DNA of 64,000 nt, taken from the IMG/VR virus record IMGVR_UViG_3300031466_000058, positions 25,903 through 89,902 of that record; one strand, written 5' to 3'. The notes beneath the pieces are model-generated. The model was given only the letters and a program-made list of their open reading frames with translations. It was not told the DNA's origin and searched no databases. How positions within the stretch are numbered: position 1 is the first letter of the stretch; every line of letters starts with the position of its first letter. Source of the stretch: a virus. Taxonomy: Duplodnaviria; Caudoviricetes. This document shows positions 8,473 through 17,479 of this stretch, piece by piece. The translations under genes were made by a program, and so were the position numbers.

Positions 8473-9060
8473 GTGAATAATAAAAGATTTAACGTTGGAG
8501 ATATTGTTAAGTCGAAGTTTTTGGAAGAAACACATTACTACATAGTTACAGACTCAATTGATTTTTCAGCAAATGAAAAAGATATTGATATAGATTATGA
8601 GATTGTGTTAATTTATCCTGTATTTGAAAACCCTAAAATTAAGAACATGACTCATGAAAAGCTTGTTAAAGTTGCAGATTTCAAATCTAGAGACTACGGA
8701 ATTTTAATGGATTACATTATTAGAGAGCGTATTGCACGTGGATTTAAAAATATTCCAGACAATATTAAGCATGTTGTTTTAGGTGAGAAAGATGATAAAC
8801 CAATGTCAATAAGCAAATCTTCTAAACCTGTAAAATCAAAGGTAAAACCTAAAAAGTTTGGAGTTAAAGAAATTAATGCAATTCTGAATGAAACAAAAAC
8901 AGATAATAGAATTGAAGAGCTTAAAGTTGAAATGGATAACGTACTAGATTCTCTAAACGAATCTATTAAAAATAAAGATGATGAGAATATTAAATTACAT
9001 AAAGAGAGGCTCAAAAACATTAGAAGAGAATTAATGGAGTTAGAGTATTTCACGCCATAA
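8473..9060 (+). CDS. Hypothetical phage protein
   Basis: 195-aa ORF with GAGGAGG RBS. Confidence 0.7.
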   Translation: MNNKRFNVGDIVKSKFLEETHYYIVTDSIDFSANEKDIDIDYEIVLIYPVFENPKIKNMTHEKLVKVADFKSRDYGILMDYIIRERIARGFKNIPDNIKHVVLGEKDDKPMSISKSSKPVKSKVKPKKFGVKEINAILNETKTDNRIEELKVEMDNVLDSLNESIKNKDDENIKLHKERLKNIRRELMELEYFTP

Positions 9061-9073
9061 TTAGCTTGAAAGG

Positions 9074-12000
9074 ATGATTTACTTAATGAGATATGAAAAT
9101 ATTCATAAGCACACAATGTATTCAAACATCATGACACCAGATTCAATTATAACTATTGAGGATATTGCTAAAAGAGCTGTTGAATTAGGTCACAAAACAA
9201 TATCTACAGTTGAGCATGGATATGCAGGTAATGTTTTTGAGTATTATGATGTTGCAAAAAAATATGGATTAAAAATGATTTTTGGTGTAGAGTTTTACTA
9301 TGTTGAAAATCGTTTTGAAAAGGATAGAACTAATGCACATTTATTAATATTAGCAAAAAACAATGAAGGCAAAAGACAATTAACTAAATTGATATCGGAA
9401 GCTAATAAAACTGGATTCTATCATAAACCAAGAATTGACAAAGAATTATTATTCTCACTTGACCCGAAAGATGTTGTGGTTACATCTACATGTATAGCAA
9501 GTCCTTTCAATTTATATAATGATGAATCTTTCATTTTTGATTGCTATCAACACTTTGGAAATAACTTTTATTTAGAGTTGCACGATAACACACATGTTAA
9601 ACAAGTAGAATACAATAAAAAATTACTTTATATGCATGAAAAATATGGTATTGAATTTATATTTGCAACCGACACACATTACATATATGAAGAGGATGCT
9701 AAATGGAGAGATTTATTCCTGAAAGGTAAGGATATTCACTACCCAGAAGAAGAAGGGTTTATTTTGGATTACCCTACATCTGACAAAATCTTTGAGAGAT
9801 TCGAGAAACAAGGTGTTTTTACACGCAAACAAATTGAACGTGCATTAGAAAATACACTTATTGTTGATGACTTTGAAGAAATTAAAATGTCTAAAGACAT
9901 TAAAATGCCTTCAATATATCCAGAGTTGAGCCACGAAGAAAAAATTAAAAAACTCAAAAAAATTGTCAATGAAGAATGGAAAAAAGATAGAGAGAATATA
10001 CCAAAAGAAAAACACAAAGAATACATAAAAGCAATTCAATATGAGATGAATATTATTGAAGAAACTAAAATGGAGGATTATTTCTTATTAAACTACCATG
10101 TAATTAAAAGAGCAAAAGAAAAGGGTGGTGTTTTAACTAGAACTGGAAGAGGTAGTGCACCTTCATTTTACTTAAATAAACTTCTTGGATTTACTGAGAT
10201 TGATAGATTGAATGCACCTATCACATTATACCCTACACGATTCATGTCTATTTCAAGGATTTTAGAAACACGGAGTCTTCCAGACATAGATTTTAATACC
10301 GCCAACCCACAACCCTTTATTGATGCAACCAGAGAAATACTGGGCGAGGATAACTGTTATTGGATGACAGCATATGGAACTATGCAGGAATCAGAAGCAT
10401 TTAGGAATTTGTGTCGTGCATTAGAAATAGATTATAACACAACCAACAAAGTAGCCAAAAACCTAGAAGAATATCGGAACAGTGAAGAATTTGGAAAAAT
10501 AATTGAAGACTCAAAAAAATTTATTGGCGTAATTGATTCAGTTTCACCACATCCATGCGCAAATCTGCTCTTATCAAAGCCGATTTCAGAAGAAATTGGT
10601 ATTATTAAAGTTGGTGATGAATATTGTGCTTTAATTGATTCTGGAACATCTGATGATTGGAAATATTTAAAAAATGACTACCTTACTGTAACGGTTTGGG
10701 AAATAATTTCAAAAGTATTCAAAAAAATAAATAAACCAATACCAGATGTACGAACATTGACAAAATTAGTGGAAAACAATGACAGAATATGGCAACTATA
10801 TGAGAAAGGATTGACAGCAACACTAAACCAAGCAGGAACAGATAGTGGTACGCCACAGGTAATGCAATATAAACCAAGGAATATTAGAGAATTATCAGGC
10901 TGGGTTTCAGCCATTAGACCTGCATTTGCATCAATGAAACATTATTTCTTGAATAGGGAAACATTCTCTTATGGTATCCCTGAATTTGATAAATTACTAA
11001 AAGAAAGTGACAACTTTATTTTGTATCAAGAAAACATCATGAGGGTATTGGTTTATGCAGGATTCCCAGAAGATGAAACATATGGCTTGTTAAAAGCAAT
11101 CGCTAAGAAGAAGAAAGGTATAATTGAGCCTATTCATGATAAATTTATTAAAGGATTTGTTGAAAAAACTGGAAGTGAAGAACAAGCTAAGAAAGTATGG
11201 AAAATTATTGAAGATGCTGTAGGGTATGGATTCAATTCTTCACATGCTTATGCTGTGGCACTAGACAGTATTTATGGTGCATATCTAAAAGCAGAGTATC
11301 CTTTAGACTATTACTCTGTTGTTTTAAATATATATGAAGATAATGTAGATATGCAAGCCAAAATCTTAAAAGAATTAAAACACTTCAACATTAAACTATT
11401 ACCAATCGAATTTGGAAAATCTGGTGCAGAATATACAGCTGACCATGAAACAAATTCAATATATAAAGGAATTTCTTCGATTAAGTATTTGAATAAAAAA
11501 ATTGCAGAAGAATTATTACAGTTGTCCGAAGAAAATCAATACGATAAAAATGATTTTACATCTTTGTTAAAAGACATTATAGAAAAAACATCAGTGAATA
11601 CTCGTCAAATGGAAATATTGATTAGATTGGATTTCTTTAAAAAATTTGGGAGAAAAGAAGTTTTATTGGAATTGTTTTTAGCAATGACAGGAAAGAAAAA
11701 AGCTAATACTAAACTGTATCCAGAATTTGCAGACAAAGAAGTAATAGAAGAAAAAATCAACAAAAAAACAGGAGAAGTTAAGAAAAAAAAGAAAATAATC
11801 AAAAAATCATTAAAATATGATGCAAATCTAAAAGAAACAACAAAAGAAGAAAGACTTAAAAATATGAAGGATTATGAAAAGGCTGTTAGAGAAAATCCTC
11901 CACAAAAAATTGAATTATATGACCAAATCAATTTTGAAAAAGAAGTTTTGGGTTATGCGGTTTCTACATATCCTCAATTACCAGATAATGTTGTGCTTGT

Positions 12001-12259
12001 ATTAGATGTAAACACTAAATACAAACCTGTGCTAACTTTATATAAAGTGAAAACAGGTGAAGAAGTTTGGGTTAAAGTTGATAAGAAGAAATTCTTTATC
12101 AACGATGAATACTTGCTTTATAAAGGTGATATTATACAAATACTAGAAATTGAGAACAGATACGGTTGGAAACGTATAGATGGTAAATGGGTTGAGGACA
12201 AAAATAAGATTGAACCACACTTAAACAAATGTAAAATAATCAGAAGAGCAAGTAGATAA
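9074..12259 (+). CDS. dnaE: DNA polymerase III alpha subunit (phage DnaE, SPbeta YorL-like)
   Basis: PHP motifs (HKHT, EHG, TDTHY), GRGSA, PDIDFN, GYGFNSSHAYA. Confidence 0.95.
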   Translation: MIYLMRYENIHKHTMYSNIMTPDSIITIEDIAKRAVELGHKTISTVEHGYAGNVFEYYDVAKKYGLKMIFGVEFYYVENRFEKDRTNAHLLILAKNNEGKRQLTKLISEANKTGFYHKPRIDKELLFSLDPKDVVVTSTCIASPFNLYNDESFIFDCYQHFGNNFYLELHDNTHVKQVEYNKKLLYMHEKYGIEFIFATDTHYIYEEDAKWRDLFLKGKDIHYPEEEGFILDYPTSDKIFERFEKQGVFTRKQIERALENTLIVDDFEEIKMSKDIKMPSIYPELSHEEKIKKLKKIVNEEWKKDRENIPKEKHKEYIKAIQYEMNIIEETKMEDYFLLNYHVIKRAKEKGGVLTRTGRGSAPSFYLNKLLGFTEIDRLNAPITLYPTRFMSISRILETRSLPDIDFNTANPQPFIDATREILGEDNCYWMTAYGTMQESEAFRNLCRALEIDYNTTNKVAKNLEEYRNSEEFGKIIEDSKKFIGVIDSVSPHPCANLLLSKPISEEIGIIKVGDEYCALIDSGTSDDWKYLKNDYLTVTVWEIISKVFKKINKPIPDVRTLTKLVENNDRIWQLYEKGLTATLNQAGTDSGTPQVMQYKPRNIRELSGWVSAIRPAFASMKHYFLNRETFSYGIPEFDKLLKESDNFILYQENIMRVLVYAGFPEDETYGLLKAIAKKKKGIIEPIHDKFIKGFVEKTGSEEQAKKVWKIIEDAVGYGFNSSHAYAVALDSIYGAYLKAEYPLDYYSVVLNIYEDNVDMQAKILKELKHFNIKLLPIEFGKSGAEYTADHETNSIYKGISSIKYLNKKIAEELLQLSEENQYDKNDFTSLLKDIIEKTSVNTRQMEILIRLDFFKKFGRKEVLLELFLAMTGKKKANTKLYPEFADKEVIEEKINKKTGEVKKKKKIIKKSLKYDANLKETTKEERLKNMKDYEKAVRENPPQKIELYDQINFEKEVLGYAVSTYPQLPDNVVLVLDVNTKYKPVLTLYKVKTGEEVWVKVDKKKFFINDEYLLYKGDIIQILEIENRYGWKRIDGKWVEDKNKIEPHLNKCKIIRRASR

Positions 12260-12263
12260 TTAC

Positions 12264-12292
12264 TTGACAATAATTTGGAAGTGTGTTATAAT
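12264..12292 (+). promoter_or_regulatory. Sigma-A promoter
   Basis: TTGACA-N17-TATAAT with TG; followed by hairpin ATACTAGAC...GTCTAGTAT. Confidence 0.8.
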
Positions 12293-12374
12293 AATACTAG
12301 ACGGTAGAGATACTGTCTAGTATATTTTTTAACTAAAGGGAAATGATATATAAAGATGAAGAGAGGTTTTAGTA

Positions 12375-12557
12375 ATGCGATTCAACAAAGAAGAGGCAAA
12401 GAAATTTACATTTATCAAGAGGGAAAATTTAGGTAAATGCCCTTGCTGTGATAAAGAAGTGCACAACGACCAATTATATGTAGAAGAAGACAATAACGTA
12501 TATCATTATTCATGCTACAACTATATGAAGGCAGAAGATGATGGTGTCAATGGGTAA
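12375..12557 (+). CDS. Small putative zinc-binding protein
   Basis: CPCC...HYSC; GAGAGG RBS. Confidence 0.55.
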   Translation: MRFNKEEAKKFTFIKRENLGKCPCCDKEVHNDQLYVEEDNNVYHYSCYNYMKAEDDGVNG

Positions 12558-13107
12558 TAGATATTTATATGGACTAGACATTAGTCTTAAAAATACAGGC
12601 ATAACAATATACGACCTAGACAGTAAAGAGTTTGTATTTATCGACAGTTTTAGTACACAAAAAATATATGCCACAAAAGAAAATAAAGGCTTGCATCTCA
12701 ATGCGGTAAAATTAAAGAAAATATCCGATTGGATTGAGGGTATAATAGAAGAATACCCTCCTTACATAGTTGCAATAGAGAGAATGTTTAGTAGATTCCA
12801 AAATGAAACACAAACTATCGCCAAAGCTACAGGAGTTATACAAAAGGCATTATGGAATGTACCACAATATTTATACTCACCAAAATCTGTTAAAGCTACT
12901 ATAATTCATGGAAATGCTTCAAAAGAAATGGTCTCTATTGCAATAAAAACAAAATATAATGATATAACTTTTAAAAATGATGACGAATCTGATTCATTCG
13001 CTGTAGCACTATGTTTCTTAGTTGATAAAGGTCTGATAGAATGGGAGAAACCTAAATTATCTGAAATAAAGAAAATAAAAGATAGTAGCGATAAAAATAA
13101 AAAATAA
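12538..13107 (+). CDS. ruvC: RuvC-like Holliday junction resolvase
   Basis: GLDISLKNTG, VAIE, PKSVK...GNASKE, DESDSFAVA. Confidence 0.85.
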   Translation: MMVSMGNRYLYGLDISLKNTGITIYDLDSKEFVFIDSFSTQKIYATKENKGLHLNAVKLKKISDWIEGIIEEYPPYIVAIERMFSRFQNETQTIAKATGVIQKALWNVPQYLYSPKSVKATIIHGNASKEMVSIAIKTKYNDITFKNDDESDSFAVALCFLVDKGLIEWEKPKLSEIKKIKDSSDKNKK

Positions 13108-13231
13108 TTATTATATAGATGGAAATGTTGCATATATTGAAATTATCAGTAAGAGTAAAAGATATATTTGCATTTGTAATTGATTTCACAATTGAGACAA
13201 AAAGTAGACATAAAGTATACATATGTAAAAC

Positions 13232-13260
13232 AAAAATCCCCTCAATAGAGGGGATTTTTT
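13232..13260. terminator. Bidirectional terminator between convergent arms
   Basis: AAAAATCCCCTC-AATA-GAGGGGATTTTT. Confidence 0.8.
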
Positions 13261-13762
13261 ATAGTCTCGATTTAGCTTCTTTAACAATAATAAATGACAT
13301 ATCTAATTTATCATAATCTTCGATTACTCCATTGATTGCCAATAGCGTAGATACTACACCTACTTCTTTAACCATTTCTTTAATTATTGAAGCAGAATCT
13401 ACGCTAACATCTATATTGAAGTTGTCTTTGATGTATTTAATTAATCTTTCGATTTCTCCGTCAATATTTAACTCTTCACTATTATTATCTGCATTAATTT
13501 CTTCTGTATTGTTTGACTCGTCTGTATTGTTTGGCTCGTTTGAACCAAAGATACGTTCTTTTAATCCACTGTTGTAATAATAGAAAGATGTTGAACCGAC
13601 TGTAGTGTTATGAGTTTCAGCAAACTCTCTAAATAATTCGCTTAGAGATTTAGTGATTTGACCATTTTGATTCATATGGCTTCTAATAAAATCTTCTAAT
13701 TGATCTCCAAGCTTATCCCATTTTTTAGGTTTTACATAATCTGTTTTAGCTGTTGTTAACAT
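13259..13762 (-). CDS. Hypothetical protein, possible DNA-binding regulator
   Basis: AAGGAG RBS, own promoter at 13807-13835 (TTGACA-N17-TATACT); N-terminal helical domain loosely RsfA-like. Confidence 0.6.
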   Translation of the reverse strand: MLTTAKTDYVKPKKWDKLGDQLEDFIRSHMNQNGQITKSLSELFREFAETHNTTVGSTSFYYYNSGLKERIFGSNEPNNTDESNNTEEINADNNSEELNIDGEIERLIKYIKDNFNIDVSVDSASIIKEMVKEVGVVSTLLAINGVIEDYDKLDMSFIIVKEAKSRL

Positions 13763-13920
13763 TAAACCTCATCTCCTTAAATGTTTTCGTTTTACTTACA
13801 AGAATTAGTATATATAATATTCTATGTTTTGTCAATGAATTTTCTAAAAAATAAAAAATCCCCTCTATAAAGATGATTATAGAAGGGATTAATAACTTGA
13901 TAAAACCACTCTTTTATCAA

Positions 13921-14259
13921 TTATTTATTATTTAATTCTTTTTTGATTGCGTCATTCATTTCTTTGACAGCACTTTCAATGAGTGTATTAATCTCTTGCT
14001 CGGAGATTTTGATTTTCTTCTCATTCATTAATTTCACTAATTCAACCTTAGCTACTTTTAATTTTTCATCTCCATTAAGATGTTTATATGTTTGTTCAAC
14101 AGCATTAACCACAATGCGAACTAATTCTTTATTAGATTCTAATTTAGCAATCAAACCTTTTTCTTTAAGGTATGCTGTAACTTTTTGAGCCACCCAACCT
14201 ATAAGTGCTGTAATAATAACAATAACCAAGTTAATTAATTCTGCTTGAATTGCTTCCAT
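13921..14259 (-). CDS. Holin (LL-H family-like)
   Basis: Single N-terminal TM segment, then VNAVEQ...GDEKL..A...IESAVKEMN. Confidence 0.85.
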   Translation of the reverse strand: MEAIQAELINLVIVIITALIGWVAQKVTAYLKEKGLIAKLESNKELVRIVVNAVEQTYKHLNGDEKLKVAKVELVKLMNEKKIKISEQEINTLIESAVKEMNDAIKKELNNK

Positions 14260-14293
14260 TTAAAATTCACTCCTTATTTTCTTCCCACACCCA

Positions 14294-14322
14294 TTGACAA
14301 ATATCAACAGGCGTGGTATAAT
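14294..14322 (+). promoter_or_regulatory. Sigma-A promoter antisense to lysis genes
   Basis: TTGACA-N17-TATAAT with TG on + strand between - strand lysis genes. Confidence 0.6.
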
Positions 14323-14335
14323 TTTTATATAATTA

Positions 14336-14671
14336 TTATTTATCTCCCTTTTTAAACTGTTCTAACTTAATATTTAATTCTTGAATTTTTTGTTGAAGTT
14401 GTTTGTTTTCAATAGTAAGATTGATGTTGACAGCCTGTAATTGTCTTATCTCTTCTCTTAAACTATCAATCTCATCTCTTTGCTCCAACAATATTTGACG
14501 AAGCTCCGCAATAAGTTGATATTGGTCTTTAGAAAGTTGCATTCTATCGCTGATTGCTAATTCTTTCCTATTGTTACTCTTTGTAATTAGGAGAGTAACA
14601 AACGACCCGATAAGAGCAGAGATAGCAGTCATCCAAGCTGAATCAGCAAATAAAGACAACAACCATTCCAT
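14336..14671 (-). CDS. Membrane-anchored coiled-coil lysis-cassette protein (holin-like)
   Basis: N-terminal TM, C-terminal coiled coil, located between endolysin and holin. Confidence 0.7.
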   Translation of the reverse strand: MEWLLSLFADSAWMTAISALIGSFVTLLITKSNNRKELAISDRMQLSKDQYQLIAELRQILLEQRDEIDSLREEIRQLQAVNINLTIENKQLQQKIQELNIKLEQFKKGDK

Positions 14672-14739
14672 CTCTATTCCTCCTACTTTGTGTCGAATTT
14701 AGCAACCCCCTTTTTACCAATAACCATTTAACCTAGATG

Positions 14740-16812
14740 TTACTTCTTTTTAACGCCAAACAATTTAGCGAGCTTATCAATCAAATAATCGATAACTCTA
14801 GTCCAAAACTTAAATTGTTTTTCTTCTTCTAAATCTTGTTCATCCTTATTATCTTCTTTAGGAAGGTCATCGGAAGGGTTATTCTCTTTTTCTTCTTTTG
14901 GCTCTTCCACAGGTGGAGAGTATTCAAATTTATTTAATTGGTCATAGATAGACATAATATGTTGACCATAATTATCATTCATTGCCCACTTCATATTCAG
15001 GTCTTCCCAGTGTGGTGCTACTCCACGAGTTACATATTGGAATCTAGGGTCAACTAATTCTTCTCCTTTTGGTAAATCATTTTTTGTTGCATATGCAAAT
15101 AAATGTTGAATTTGAGCTGTTACACCTGCTTCAATAGTAGGAAATGAATGACCTTTAACACCCTTGCTTGTAACACCTAATCCACAATAGTTATATTGGT
15201 CTGGCGTTACAGCAGTTCCACCATCAAATTTAAACCAACCTGTTTCAATAATGGATTGACAGAATGCTATATCACCACGAATATTATATTTATTTCCGAT
15301 TTCAATAAAAGCTTTTGCAATTTTATCGATATCTTTTGCATTAGGATTTTTAGATTTTACAAATGCAGACATTTTTTCTGCACTAACAACTGATTTACCT
15401 GTGATATTATTATGACCCTTATGTTCATCCTCTTTTGGTTTAGATTGTTCTTTTGGTTGCTCCTCCTTTTTCTCATCTTGCTTTTTTGGGGCATCACCCT
15501 TAATTATTAATTTTTGACCTACATAGATAGTATCATTCTTTAAACCATTTTTCTTTTTAATATCATCAACTGTTATCCCATATTTTTGTGAAATTGACCA
15601 CAATGTATCGCCTTTAGCTACTGTATGGACTACTGTTTCCTTTTTAATTTTTGGTACATATACGATATTACCATTGTCATCAAAAACTTTATATCCTTCA
15701 TGAGCTAAACTATCTGCCATAGCCTTAGCGTTTTCTAAATCTTTATATGCACCAACTTGTGTTTGTGGTTTTGACCATTCTAATCTTACTCTATAATATT
15801 GATTTTCTTTTAAAACTTTAGGCTCATACACAACTTTCCCATTCCAATCAAATACTTTATATCCTTCTTTTGCATGTAAATCAGCCAAGTCCTTCGCACC
15901 ATTTAAGTCCTTAAATGCACCAATCTGTGATTTTGAGTCAGACCATGATTTGCGAACTCTATACCACTTATTATCGTCTTCTTTTGTTTTTTGTGGATTT
16001 GGGTCATATACAACTTTACCATTCCAGTCAAATACTTTATAACCTTGTGATTTTAAGCTATTTGCTAATTTTTTAGCATTATTTAAATCTTTGTATGCAC
16101 CTTTTTGTGATTTAGCATCTCCCCAAGTTTTGCGAATACGATATAGTTTGTCAGTAGAAGAGCCATTACTGCTATTGTTAGCTTTACTACCACTTGAAGA
16201 AGTACCGCCTACCCCATCTTTAAATTTAACCCCATAGGCTTCACAAATGCCTTGTGCAATTTCTTTCGCACATTCTTTACGGAAAGCATCAGATAATAAC
16301 AACTTAGCTTCTTCTAAATTGTCCATGAAAGCACATTCAACTAAGACAGCAGGCATTTTTGTATTTCTAATAACATATAAATGATTTCCTTCTTTGACAC
16401 CTCTATCTCTTAGAGGCGTTCCTTTCATTAGCCATTTATGTATAATTTTTCCAATTCTTTCTGATTCTTTACTACCTTTATAAACATATGTTTCTGTACC
16501 ACCATGAGTACCCCATTTTTTACTAGTTAATGCATTAGCGTGAACTGATACATATAAGTCTGCTTTCGCATCATTTGCTCTTTTAACTCTAGTTGCTAAT
16601 GGAGTATCTTCATCTGTAGGTGCTACTAATATAGTTTTAAATCCACTAGCTTTTAAGTGTAAGTTTAAATATTTTACTACGGCACGGTTGAACAGATTTT
16701 CATTCATATAGTTCCTACCCAATTCACTTTTCATTCCATTAGGTAAAATAGGAGTTCTTTTACCTGCTGTATTAATACCATGACCATCATCTAAAGCAAT
16801 TAATTTTGCCAT
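14740..16812 (-). CDS. Endolysin: Amidase_3 + 3 cell-wall-binding repeats + LysM + glucosaminidase-like domain
   Basis: ALDDGHG, E..FN, VSVHANA, PAVLVECAFMDN; three YR.R..W...K.Q.GA repeats; HTVAKGDTLWSIS LysM; AFCQSIIETGWF...NYCGLG; AGGAGG RBS before ATG 16812. Confidence 0.92.
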   Translation of the reverse strand: MAKLIALDDGHGINTAGKRTPILPNGMKSELGRNYMNENLFNRAVVKYLNLHLKASGFKTILVAPTDEDTPLATRVKRANDAKADLYVSVHANALTSKKWGTHGGTETYVYKGSKESERIGKIIHKWLMKGTPLRDRGVKEGNHLYVIRNTKMPAVLVECAFMDNLEEAKLLLSDAFRKECAKEIAQGICEAYGVKFKDGVGGTSSSGSKANNSSNGSSTDKLYRIRKTWGDAKSQKGAYKDLNNAKKLANSLKSQGYKVFDWNGKVVYDPNPQKTKEDDNKWYRVRKSWSDSKSQIGAFKDLNGAKDLADLHAKEGYKVFDWNGKVVYEPKVLKENQYYRVRLEWSKPQTQVGAYKDLENAKAMADSLAHEGYKVFDDNGNIVYVPKIKKETVVHTVAKGDTLWSISQKYGITVDDIKKKNGLKNDTIYVGQKLIIKGDAPKKQDEKKEEQPKEQSKPKEDEHKGHNNITGKSVVSAEKMSAFVKSKNPNAKDIDKIAKAFIEIGNKYNIRGDIAFCQSIIETGWFKFDGGTAVTPDQYNYCGLGVTSKGVKGHSFPTIEAGVTAQIQHLFAYATKNDLPKGEELVDPRFQYVTRGVAPHWEDLNMKWAMNDNYGQHIMSIYDQLNKFEYSPPVEEPKEEKENNPSDDLPKEDNKDEQDLEEEKQFKFWTRVIDYLIDKLAKLFGVKKK

Positions 16813-16835
16813 TGAAAAATTCCTCCTTGATATTT

Positions 16836-17444
16836 TTAGTATTGATTTTCTATAGAATCTATTGATACAGAATCCCATGTGATGGCTTCTACTTCTTCTA
16901 TTGTTTGAGCAGATTCCACCATTGGCATCAATACATCTCTATATTTACTTATATTTGCATTCTTATGATTCAACATAACTAATGCCAATTCATCTAATAT
17001 TTCTTTTGTTATAGGTATTCTCATATATTGACCATCTTTTTTAACAGTCCACATAACTTCCTCTACTATCCCTTGTGCAAACAGGCGTTCTACACCTTGA
17101 AAGTTTAGTTGAGCTTCTGTATCATATGAGAAATGATAAGTGACACCATTTATTTCGTATTCGAATCCGTTATATATAGATTGTTGACACGCTTTGCTAA
17201 GCTCTTCGGCTTTGGATTTTTTATAATCCTCTAATATATCTATTGGGTCGCCACCATCAATCCAATCATTTAACTCAAAACTCCAAATAGGATTATGGAT
17301 AACCCTATCTCCCCAACCTTTAAAACAGTTAGAAGGTATATCTTTATCTCCATCTCTAAAAGTATATACCTCAATTATTCTTCCGTTTTCATCTACTTGG
17401 TAATAATCATGCTTCATATCATCAGTTTTATAGTGCGGATTCAT
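16836..17444 (-). CDS. Tail-fibre assembly-like protein (DUF4376-like)
   Basis: K..ELSKACQQSIYNGF...HFSYD.EAQLN...V.W...A.TIEEVEAITW pattern; follows fibre gene. Confidence 0.7.
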   Translation of the reverse strand: MNPHYKTDDMKHDYYQVDENGRIIEVYTFRDGDKDIPSNCFKGWGDRVIHNPIWSFELNDWIDGGDPIDILEDYKKSKAEELSKACQQSIYNGFEYEINGVTYHFSYDTEAQLNFQGVERLFAQGIVEEVMWTVKKDGQYMRIPITKEILDELALVMLNHKNANISKYRDVLMPMVESAQTIEEVEAITWDSVSIDSIENQY

Positions 17445-17479
17445 AAAGTCAAAATCTCCTTTCTAGTTCATATTTCATT

